DNA from: Haplodiscus bocki
Lineage: Eukaryota
Direction: 5' to 3'
Length of the DNA stretch: 64,000 bases
Assembly: GCA_965655095.1 (NCBI GenBank)
Contig: OZ296648.1
Coordinates: forward strand, 143,592,001-143,656,000
Numbering within the stretch: the stretch's first letter is position 1; each line of letters begins with the position of its first letter. The translations under genes and the position numbers were made by a program. Shown here one piece after another: positions 24,679 through 35,110 of this stretch. The notes beneath the pieces are model-generated. The model was given only the letters and a program-made list of their open reading frames with translations, had not been told where the DNA came from and ran no database searches.

Positions 24679-25611
24679 TTAGGATTCGGTCGAAATCTTG
24701 GCAATGTCGAAAAGAGATTTTGAACTGTTGAATTTCGGTTGACTTTGTTTCGGGTGAAGTTCGTTTACGTAGCCAGCATCGACCAGTACAAAGAACAGGT
24801 TCTTTGATTTGTTTGGACAGGATCGTGGAGACATCAAGATCACTGTTTTAGCAACATCATCTAATTTAGGATTTAAGGACTTGGTATCCAAATGAGGTGC
24901 CTCAGTGGTTGTTAGCGACTTCTTTGCTAGGGAAGTGTCAATTTTTCCCATGACAGCGTTATGAGCTGCTTTGGTTATGCACACACGATAGTTGTCGGCA
25001 TTTAGGTTTATTTCCCATACTAGGTTGTGTTCGTCGTCGTTTATGATCGCGTCAGCATCATCAGAGGGTTTATCCAGGACGTCATTGCCTTCGTTAACAC
25101 TCAGCGAGTTGATTGAACTGTATGTTGGTTCAGAGTCTTCTACGGAGCTCCAAGATAGCGTTGAAGGTAGGCAGTGGCATCTGAATTGGTCGATTTTTCG
25201 GCCCATTCTGAAACAATCGGTTGCGGGTTGAATCGTTGTTGTGGGAAACTTGTTATTGAGACTGTTCAATGTGATGTTTTCACCATGATTGTCCAATCGG
25301 AGGACCTTATTGTCATTCCCTTGTTGGCAATGGATTGGGTAGAAGTCGTTGCAAGTGTCGTTAGGAATATCATCGGGTTGAATTCTATAGGTTACTGGAG
25401 AGCCATGTTCATCATAGATTTCTATATCCCTAGGTTTCTTTTGTGTTGTAATTGATGTTTCTGGTATCCCTCTACTCCTACGTTTTGACTTAGGATATCC
25501 GCGAAAGCAAGATATAATCCTGGAGTCTAGATACTCTTGAGACTCTGTAATTTCGTCATGATCACTTGGTACCTGAAGAACCGATGGGTTAATCGTCCTT
25601 TGGGTCCCCAT
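24679..25611 (-). CDS. 310-aa non-canonical pol segment between RNase H and integrase
   Basis: Open frame lying between the RNase H end (YLFCGHKPIL, ~25630) and the integrase zinc finger; Asp/Asn/Ser-rich with no recognised motif. Confidence 0.55.
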   Translation of the reverse strand: MGTQRTINPSVLQVPSDHDEITESQEYLDSRIISCFRGYPKSKRRSRGIPETSITTQKKPRDIEIYDEHGSPVTYRIQPDDIPNDTCNDFYPIHCQQGNDNKVLRLDNHGENITLNSLNNKFPTTTIQPATDCFRMGRKIDQFRCHCLPSTLSWSSVEDSEPTYSSINSLSVNEGNDVLDKPSDDADAIINDDEHNLVWEINLNADNYRVCITKAAHNAVMGKIDTSLAKKSLTTTEAPHLDTKSLNPKLDDVAKTVILMSPRSCPNKSKNLFFVLVDAGYVNELHPKQSQPKFNSSKSLFDIAKISTES

Positions 25612-26800
25612 CAGTCAAGAATCGGTTTGTGACCACAAAACAGGTATTTAAAAAGGAGATTCAATGATGTAATGTTCATAGGTTTGTAAAACTGAAACTA
25701 TTCCACATAGTTCTCTATGGAGAGTAGACACCTTCTGTTCAGATTTGTCGAAAACTCTTGAGTTGAAGGGAATTATCCGTTTCCCTCAGCAAACGGTTCA
25801 ATCAAAAGACAGTTAGTTTTGACATTTGATGAATCCACATGAAAATGCAAAAAATAATCAGTTGAGGGTACAGCAAAGATCGTGTCTTCGTTTTTTCTGT
25901 CTTTGATTGATTGAAACAGTTCTTCGTCTTCGTGTCTCCAGTGAAAAGGAGTCAAGTCCTTAATCAAGTCAAAAACGGTTGACTATCTCCATGGAGATTC
26001 TTGAAATAAGAACTGTAGAATCCAAGGCATCTAAGAACTTTCATAACATCTCCTTTACTTTCAGGTGATATGAGGTTCTTCAATTCATTCTGGGCAATTA
26101 ACGTGACCAAAAAATTTAATTTTCTTTAGAAAATAGAATGTTTTGTCAGCAGCTGCCTTGAGACCGGCCTTCCTAAGAAGGGTATGGTACTCTTTAATGA
26201 CCGTGATCATCTCCTTTTTGTTTTGTGACTGCTTCATTGTATCATCAATGTACGTGATTGCTTGCTTTTTCTTGATGAGTGGATCGAACTGAATCGTCAT
26301 GAGTCAACTAAAGAAGTTTGGAAGTCCCCACAATCCAAAGAATCCACGCGTGTAAGTGTACTGCTTTCCACCGAGTATGAAACTAGTTTATTTTTGTACT
26401 TCTGGGCTCAATAGAACTTGATGATGGGCACAAGAGAGAACCCTTACTGAGAAAAATTTCCCGTTGACCCTAGTCATTATCATTTGCATTGGTTCTAAGG
26501 GGCGGGATTATTTTGTGAGATCTGTCACTGAGTTGAGATATCTAGCGTCAATTACTAACTTCACATAGTCGTTTTAGGCATTCGGATGATAGGGTTATCA
26601 GACAACGATCCCATCTTGTTGTTATCATCCATTTCACAAATGTTATCTGCGTCCTCTAGTTGTGTGAGTAGTTTTTCCAATTTCTCCTGCCAATGTAACG
26701 GAACTTTCCTAGGTCGTTGTCAATTCAGTTCAACATTTTTTTCAGTGTGACATGGAACCTTTGACGAATTTCACCCGCATTGCACATATGTTGAGAACAA
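25612..26800 (-). pseudogene. Reverse transcriptase + RNase H, fragmented
   Basis: KLVIDARYLN (~26550), GKQYTYTRGFFGLWGLPNFF (~26350), QAITYIDD, GLKAAADK..FLKKIKFFGH; RNase H FHVDSSN and NSRVF. Confidence 0.9.
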
Positions 26801-26999
26801 GCATCCTGCGCATCAACGAACATGTCAATCAGGATTATCATTTCTTCATCAGTGATGTCTGAATACTGGAAGTCGAATTGTTTTACATAGTTGATCAGTT
26901 CCTTTGGTTGGTACTGAAGATAGTGATCAATGGGTCGGTTGTTGTGATCTTTCTCGCGGAGAACCGGGAATTGTTTGTCACAAGTCGTTTGACAGGATT

Positions 27000-28360
27000 T
27001 TGAATCTTTAGTGAAGTCTGTTTCTAACTCGTGGTTTGCTAAGATGAATTCTTCTGTATCGTTCTATCTCATCGTCAGCGTAGAAAAACACCGTCGCCTT
27101 AGCGGACAGCGCGTGAACTCCATTTTCCACCAGAGTGTCGACTACAATTTGTACGTCAGCGTAAACCAAAGTATCACGGAGTAGTTTCACAATTTCATGA
27201 TTGTTCATTTGGTCCAGTCCACAACCAAGTTTGGGTGTGGCAATAGTAGAGACATGATTCGTACTTGCGTGAATCTTCTTGGCTTCTAATTTTTTAGACG
27301 GCGTAGATAGGTTGGGTTTATCGCAAAAATATTCTTTAGTCACTAGGTTGTAGATATAACGCTTTCCGATTGAATCCCAGGAGGGGAAGACTTGTCCTAT
27401 TAAAAGTTTTGCTTTGCGGCATGTTGATCTGAGATTAAAATTTCTGTGGGATTAGAAGTCGGCAAAACCTTTGCTCATTCGAGCATCAGCAAAGATGCAA
27501 TGTCTGGTTGAATTAGGTTGTTGGAGGATCGAATCTTTTGTACCATAGATGATCTGTAAAAGTTCGTCACTGCTCTGGGCTGGAACTGTTGAGAAAAGGA
27601 GAGAGCAATCATTGTATCGTTCATCAGTAGAGCTTTTAACGTTCGTTAGCTTGTAGGGACTCTGTTTTTAGTATTTAGGTTGATCTCCATCAACCACGTC
27701 GAGAGAAGAGATTTCAATTAGCTTTTTAGGTAGTATTATTTGATTATTTTTGTTGTTTTCCACCGGTATCGGAAGGCTACGTTCGGATCGATTGCATAAA
27801 GTTTTTACAAAGCCAGACCACTAGCCACAGCGTTTCGAATCGGTTGAAATTTGGAGCCTGGCGGGAAATGTATATTAGTATCTGTGGGCGAATTTTTCCA
27901 GCGAAGGTCGCTTTCAGCATCAATACACATTTTACAAGGGGTCCTAACAGTCACAATTTGTGATAAATGAAGATAGGATTTCTTTTGGTGAAACCAGCCA
28001 TAGCAGATTGAATTCGGTGTATTCTTTATCTCAGTTTCATATAGACCAAAATGAATTCCAGAGACTTGTTTTTGGCAGAAATCCGTTCCAATGAAGTTCT
28101 GAGTCTTCATTTTAGTGATCCATACTGTTGGTGGAAAGATAAAGTGTCCATGTGGGTCATAATTAAAAGCTATATTTGCGTAACCGATCAAAGGAACTGT
28201 TTGTCCTGAGTACGTCTTCGTTACTTTGGTACTTTTTTGTAGAGTAATTGTCTGCTGTGCCTAACAAATCTCCCAAAAATTTCGATACTTGATGATTGAG
28301 CGAGTTGCTCCTGTATCCAACAGGAGTTCAATCTCTAAACCACAACCTTTTTGGGTGTCT
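27000..28360 (-). pseudogene. Aspartic protease plus long PR-RT spacer
   Basis: ELLLDTGATRSII at ~28290-28330 and NFIGTDF motif in ORF 27805-28191. Confidence 0.85.
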
Positions 28361-28608
28361 CCGGTGGCGAAGTAGAAGATATTTAGGCTAAGTCTACAAT
28401 TTCGAGTTTTGTTGACGTTCCAGTTCGGAGACCTTAGTAGTTTAACGGACAGAGATCTGATAATTCGTTAATAGTGTCATCGGTTGTGATGAAGAGAACC
28501 AAATTAGGTGACGTCTGGTTATTGTTTTGTGGAAGTTTTTGTGCGTGGGGCGTAAAACCCGTCGTGGGTCGGTTTTAAGATCTGCGGAAGACAGAGTTGT
28601 TAGGTTTA

Positions 28609-29300
28609 TTACTTCATGGTAGGCGGTAAGAAATGTTTTGTCAGAATTCTCTCCTTGAAGTCGATGGAGAACGAGAAAGTTTCCGTTGTTTCGCCATGTC
28701 CCATTTTGAATAGTGAAAGATCAATTTCGGGACCAATTTTCATCGCTTCAATTGGAAAACTGATTTGGGCGCTGATCATATGATCTTCCATTGTTCGGAT
28801 GGTTATTCTCATATGCGAAGTTTGGCCTTGGAGAGCAATTCTGGTAAGATGTGGAAAAATTTCTTGTAGGTCCATCTCTATTGTACTTCTGGTTCCATCT
28901 TTGGAAACGTTGGCCTCTGGTCCATTGTTCTGATCCATGATCTGGTCCCCATTTTTTGATGTATTCCTGAGTAAAAGTGACTTCTTTCTCGGGAGTTTTC
29001 AACGAGCTTCAATTCTTCCTCTCGAATCTTCATGCGGCACCAACTTGGGGTATGTCCGTTCGTGCGGCAGTAGTTGCAAAATCGTGTTGCATTCCGTCTT
29101 GTCTTTTGGTTTGGGTCTACTGTTCGAGGATTTCCCTTAACAGCATTAACTCGGTGTTCCTGTAATTCTGATAGTAGGTTTTTCATTTTCTGTCCCATTG
29201 TAGCCATTTGAGGTTTTGTTTGTTCTTCATCGTTTTTATGAAAATTAAGACTTAGAAAGACACGTCTCTCTGAAGTATTCGGGTTGAGAATTCATTCCAC
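28609..29300 (-). pseudogene. gag, C-terminal part with CCHC zinc knuckle
   Basis: FCNYCRTNGHTPSWC (CX2CX4HX4C) in ORF 28878-29207, followed by an N/R/Q-rich tail in a frameshifted ORF. Confidence 0.85.
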
Positions 29301-29303
29301 GTA

Positions 29304-29321
29304 GCATCATTGGTCGAACCA
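29304..29321 (-). promoter_or_regulatory. Primer-binding site-like sequence
   Basis: TGGTTCGACC.. begins 3 nt after the CA end of the 5' LTR on the minus strand; the cognate tRNA was not identified. Confidence 0.65.
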
Positions 29322-29324
29322 TTT

Positions 29325-31723
29325 TGTCGCAGAGGTAAGGGGATGCCGTGCTAATACGAGCATGTGGAAAGTAGAACTAGAACTTGAATTCAATTTTCTT
29401 TCTGGTTCTGATTTTTTCTATCGCTTAGTGCGACAGGCGATTAGCGTTCCTTTTGTTGTCTGAATCAATACAACGGTGGCGCCGCGGCAGTTGTTCTGTC
29501 TAATGAAAATAAGTCCCAGGGATTTTTGTTGATATACTTTGAGCTGCCTTGCTGGCTCTGCGAACAAGTTTTCCGTAAGTTCAATGGAAAGGGCTTCATG
29601 AGCGATGAAAGGAGAATAGAAAATGAAATAATAAATTATTCAGTCAACCGGGGGAAATCAAACATTTGCGATTGAAATGAAAAAGAAACGGCGCAAGTTG
29701 TGAACTGAGTCATGCCTAGCTGAGAGTAATGGACGTGAAAACTACGAAAAAACCATTGTCTTTTCAATTAACTTCACAAAAAAACGGTTGAAAAAAGTTG
29801 TCTAGCTTTTACAAAATAGAAGGAAGAAAATAATTCCCGTACAAAATTTCTGTCCCCCTCTGTTTATAGTCCCGAACTTTAGCTCTCCATTGACTCGAAA
29901 GATAATAAAAGTAAAATTCAATCCATTTTCATTATTTCCGGTGTTTGTCCGATTTATAAAACATCCTGCACGAAAGAAGATCGTTGATGACTTGATCTCA
30001 TGATTTTCATAACATAAAATCTCCAAAATAAATGAAATTCATTCAACATGCAGCTAATACAAAAGTATCAAAAACCAATGGTAATTTATCTTATTAAGTT
30101 GAACTAAACAACCGGAAGAAAATTTACTTGTACAAAAAACTCCCGAAAATGTTTGTTTGGGATAACTCGAGACAAAGTTGAAAAATATGGGTGACTTTAG
30201 TTTTTGTTTTGGAACTAGGACGTCGACTTTTTTCTCCAACTTTTCTAGCACTGTTTTCATGATTGGGTTTAGTTTTTGCTGGTTTCATTTTTTAGTTGTT
30301 AATTTATATCATATGTAAAATTCTATCTTTTAGTCTACACTCAGTACTTCCATTAGCATAGCAACCGGTTCAGGTAGTTTCGTTTTCCCCGAATCTTCCA
30401 AACCGTTAATAAATCTCCGGATTTATTGGCGGGGTTTGATGTGTTTTAAAATTTGTCTAACACTCAGGTAAAAGCTCGCTTTCTAGCGGCGACCTGGTGA
30501 TGTTCTCTTAGTCTGTTCTTCTCCACCCAAGATTGTTGTCTAGCGGATTTTTTGAAAGGGATTTCTAAAACATTAGAATTGGTCAGAGAGATATTCTCTT
30601 TCTGAACAGCAAAACTTTTCAACTAACGGATGCCGTCGATGGAGTCGGATGATCTGCGTGTTGTTCTGGGATTCTCCTCTCATGACTCTGACTCGCGAAG
30701 AGTTTGAATAAGAAATTTCAAAACAATGCGAGCGATGGAATTGTTTGAAAGTTACAGAAAGGGACGGTTTCCGAGTATTCAATCCGTATCTCGAACTTTA
30801 GAATAAATTCCAAAAACCATGGAAGCAGATGAGGTGAGATTTGATCTATGTAACGCCATCTCTCTTTTCCTAGCAACACCGTGGAGGTTGCGCAGTTTAA
30901 GATCCACTCATGCTTCAGGACCGGAGCTCGTCAGCGGCATCCGCACACGCTAATTCCGAAGGTAGCGTTAGCGGACACTGTGTCGACTCCAGCGGCAAGA
31001 TTAAAGAGTAAAAAAAGTTGTGCAAAGTAAGATTCACACTTGTTACAGAACCGAAGTTCATCCACGGAATCAGCACACGGTAAAACCGAAGCTAGCGTTA
31101 GTGGACTCTGTTTACACTCCAGCGGCAAGAGTTTGAAATGGATAAGCAGAAAAGCGGGATATTTTTCAAGTCAGAAAGAAAATGGGACTCAGAATATTTT
31201 TGCGAAGTCGGAATGATTTTGTGGCTATTACAGAAATTGGAATTGTCTTAGAAAATTTTTTGCAGGATTGCAGTTGGACTTAGACTTTTTTTGTCCAAAA
31301 AACCAAAAAGGAGAAAGGGAGTTGGGCTTGAAATATTTTGTCCAAGTAAAAAGGGAGAAGGAGAGTAAAGTAAAGCAAGTCAGAAGAGGAGTGTGGAGTC
31401 CCGTCCGTTAAACGGGAAACCCAAATAATGATCGGGTCCCTTTCCCAGATCGACTCCAAAGTAACAGCATGCTGCCGTTTCATGCAACCAATACAAAAAT
31501 AGCTTGTACCAAACATGGTCGGCAGCAGGAGCCAATAGACAAATAGCTCCCGTCAGAATGTTTTGTAAAATATTATTTGTGCAACTCCAACAGTTAATTT
31601 ATTGCAGCTATTTTATTCTTTTTCTTATCCGCCTCGCAAAATTGTCTCCTTAGAATAGGTTAGCTTTAATTAATTAGTCATATTTAAATTAATTAACGTT
31701 TAAGCGTTATGTGTAACGCGATA
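29325..31723 (-). repeat. 5' LTR (2399 bp)
   Basis: Direct repeat of 13062-15459; plus-strand ends TGTCGC...GCGATA, followed by TSD ATAG. Confidence 0.95.
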
Positions 31724-34261
31724 ATAGTATGATTTGCATGTCAGGTCAACCCGGGAAGTCAAAATCGAATGCACTTATCCTAGCTTATCAAATAAAACAT
31801 TCAAACCAATACACCAATAATGTTCAAATAAAATCGGAAACGTGTAGGATTGGATAAAATTTTAACCAGGTGATTAACCAACTGTATGGTGTGACAGATT
31901 TGGCAAAACTCAGGATAAAAATGGATTCACATTAAAAAAGCCACTGTTGTCGAAATTCACGTACATGTGGCAAGTGATATGCCAGCAGTGCTGTGAGCCC
32001 AAAACACCGTTCAAGGTTGAATTTTGTTTGCCAATGAAAACTTTCAGAATAACAATGAGATATATCTAAACAATTTCGACACTTTATTGCGGCAGATCAC
32101 CGAAAAAATTTACCGAGAGATCAGAACTCCGCAATTCGGTAGTTTTAGGGAGGACAAAGCGTATGTTTTACTCACTATTGCCAGTTCAATCCTCTGCTCC
32201 TTTCTCTTTGGGCATAAAACACAAATGTTCCGTTATATACTCGTTATTGGGGTCTCTCCATCCATGGTTCCTTACAATAGAATCTCCGAGTATCGCACAA
32301 TATCTATCTTTTGAAGTTTTTGGGTATTTCTAAAATTTCCAGTGTTTTCAAAAGTCCAAATCCTTCAGAGTTGTCAGTAATCGAAAGTCTTTCACATTTG
32401 AAAACAAAGCCTCAAAAAATCTAAAGCGAAACATAATTCCAACACATCTGTTTTTCTGGCGAAAACCACAGAAAAAAAATAGGACCAACCGAAGCATTGA
32501 TCAATTGACCATCTTGAAACCAGTTTTTTTCTTCCACTGAGCCATTGAGTTGCAACTGGTCAAGGTTTAACGATTTTTTGTAGCAAGTGCCGAAAACAAA
32601 GAGGACTGCTGAAATGAAAGTTAGCAAATGCAAATGGCTTCCAATTTCATAAAAATTCACAATGCCTTCAAGAGCGAGAAATAATTGGTGTGAGTGAATC
32701 TTTTTTTCGGGTCGCATAATAAACGAATGAGAAGCCTTTGCACATGATTGCATAATACGAAAATTCAAAACTCATCGCAGCTCAGTTTTTTTCAACCCTA
32801 AGGTCAGAGTATGCTGTGCTGGGTCGAAATGTGAAGTAACAGAGTCACGGGACCTATTGAGCAAAGTACCCCTTTCAAGATGTAACCAATCTCTGCCAAC
32901 GGCCCTCAGAAATTTTTTGGCTTTCCCTGTCATAATTGCGGGAAATTTCTGGAGCGGTTGCTAATTGCACCCGAATATATGATTTGAGAAAAAACGCTTC
33001 CAGTTTCGTCGAAGTCCCTAGAGTTTGACTTTCTGTCCTGCTAAACTCCTGAGCCAGCCTATAAGTTACTCTTCCATTGATGTGTAAAAAGAACGGCGTT
33101 GTATAATCCTCCTTTACCCTATGAACATTTGTCTCCCGTGACAAGTTGTTCTTAGGATGCTCTTCTTAGCTGTCCCTGTTCACTGCCGCAAACTTCCTCT
33201 TTTTTCTCATTGTTGCCAATTGAGGGAGACATCAATTGGACTGTTTGCAACACTGAAGCGGCATTTAATGTTTATTCTTGTATATTTCAACATGGGTGAA
33301 TGGAGCAACCGGTAAATAATTGTCGGTGAAGTTCATTTTTTTTTCAAAATTGGTAAAAAAAATCAGTACCAATTCATAAAATACTCGTAGTTCTACTTCA
33401 CCTACGTATACCATTTCCTTTTTCCGAAACATGATTGTTTGTGAGCGAGGTAAAGGTACAGAAAGGGGGAAAGTTATTTGCTTAAAAACTTTTCTAAACA
33501 AAAAAATCCAACTGTGGCGAGCATAAAGCAAATTCCCATCCAATTCTTCCCTCATGGGCTGCGTTTCTTACACCATTTGAGAAAAAATGGAAAAATCATG
33601 TCCATTGAAAATTGACAGGAAGATATTTTTTCTTGCTTCGACAAATGTTTCACTAGTAAATAGCAACTAACTGAAGTTATCTCATATTTGGGGAAACAAC
33701 AAAAAACCATTATAAAAATCAATCAACGTAATGAAAAAAATCAACCAAAAAGAAATACAGATGCTGGCTGACTATGAAATACAGAATATTTATGGTGGCT
33801 GACTATGAAAAACACTGAAAAAGGAAGAAAAAGGAAGGCTCCTTCTCTGTTACTCGTTTTTACTAGTTTTTATTGGGTCTGCTTCGGATTTTTTTCCTTT
33901 TCACTTGTAGTAACAAGTATAGTAGTGAGTATTGGCAGCGGGATGGAATAAATACGGATTCACTGCCAATTCAACTCTTTCAGCACAAAATATTGGCACA
34001 ACATGTTAGCACAACTTTTAGTAATTGGATCGATTGTGACGTTAACAGACGCAGAACGATAGAACACGTATGGAAAAAAACGTTCACTCCTGAAGCCTTT
34101 GAACTTGAACTACAGTCATTTGATCAGTGAACCGATTTTTGCAACATCCCAATAATTCAAATGTTCTTCACTTTTGAATACTGAAAACTTAGTTTTGTCA
34201 AACAAACTTACAGAAATTTGAAATGTGCGAAGATACTGAGAAGTATTTCCAGAACTTCAAA

Positions 34262-35110
34262 GGCGCCAAGTTTTTGGGAGTCATGCGAGGTGCGAGTGCA
34301 TAAGTGGCAATTGCTTATTAAAACCCTAATCCCGTCACTCCATTTTCCGTGACTCGACTAGTCGCCACCATGCCGGCTCTGCCGCCGAAATTAGTAAGGA
34401 TGCTGTTTGGTTAACAACTTTGACACTTATCAACCGATGGAAGATAAGCAGTTAACTTTTAGATACAATGCAGTTGATCACGCATTTTTTAGTGCAAGCT
34501 ATTTTACTGCACATCGTGTGAGAAAATTAAATCTGGACACAAATTTTACAAAAAATTGTCGAATGCCTCAAAAAAGGTAGTTTTTGGACGATTTCATAAA
34601 CGCCGATGGCTGATGACATCAAGCGTGGACGCAAATTTCCGCTACTTCATTTTAATACACAAACCGTTCATTCATTTCAGCATTAGTAACACAAAAGCGA
34701 GGCGGAGCTCCGCAAAGCCAGCAATAACTCACTGGTAGCAACGATTCGTCTGATATTTTGTAAAGACTTGGGTGAACTTACCACCAAAGATATTTCAAAC
34801 AACAATTCATTCGTTTACTGCCAACTTCATAAGTGGAAGCATCAAATGTGTAGACTGCCAGCGCTTGCCAATTTTGAACTTGTGGAACGGCATTCCGTAA
34901 GAAACAATGATTAGTCTTTCAAGAGGTAGCATTTGGACACGAGCTCAGAGGTTGCCGAAAAATATTCGATTCTTTTCTTATTCTCCGCAACATTTCAATG
35001 TGGGTGGAAAGTCATACAATCAACACGTGCGCTTTTTTACGTTTACTTGCCAAATGTATGAGATACGGGTTTCAGTCAGTTGAAATTTTTTTATGACTAA
35101 TCTTGGCGCC
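34262..35110 (+). mobile_element. Decayed TIR DNA transposon, PIF/Harbinger-like
   Basis: Ends GGCGCCAAG..AGTCAT and ATGACT..CTTGGCGCC are inverted, with AAA on both flanks. Internal relic peptides SVDANFRY, GSNDS and EVAFG resemble Harbinger DDE motifs. Confidence 0.45.

Larger units (their letters stand above)
13062..31723 (-). mobile_element. Giant (18,662 bp) env-carrying Ty3/gypsy (Metaviridae) LTR retrotransposon, both ends intact, ORFs decayed
   Basis: Two ~2.4-kb direct LTRs; 4-bp TSD ATAG (13058-13061 and 31724-31727); PBS and PPT; minus-strand order gag(CCHC)-PR-RT-RH-IN followed by extra ORFs. Confidence 0.95.
12305..31755. mobile_element. Small non-autonomous DNA element (~0.8 kb: 12305-13061 + 31724-31755) split by the LTR retrotransposon
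   Basis: Left end CCCGGGTTTAC (12305) and right end GTCAACCCGGG (31745-31755) form an 11-bp imperfect TIR, flanked by AA on both sides. Many CCATA/TATGG subterminal motifs. A CACTA/EnSpm-like assignment is inference only. Confidence 0.6.

Noticed and set aside
13062-31723. BEL/Pao classification suggested by the gB-like env
   Set aside because: Single CCHC knuckle, 4-bp TSD and the RT/RNase H/integrase motifs fit Ty3/gypsy better.
32421-33270. Fragments faintly like a hAT transposase
   Set aside because: Motif order inconsistent and no TIR or 8-bp TSD found.
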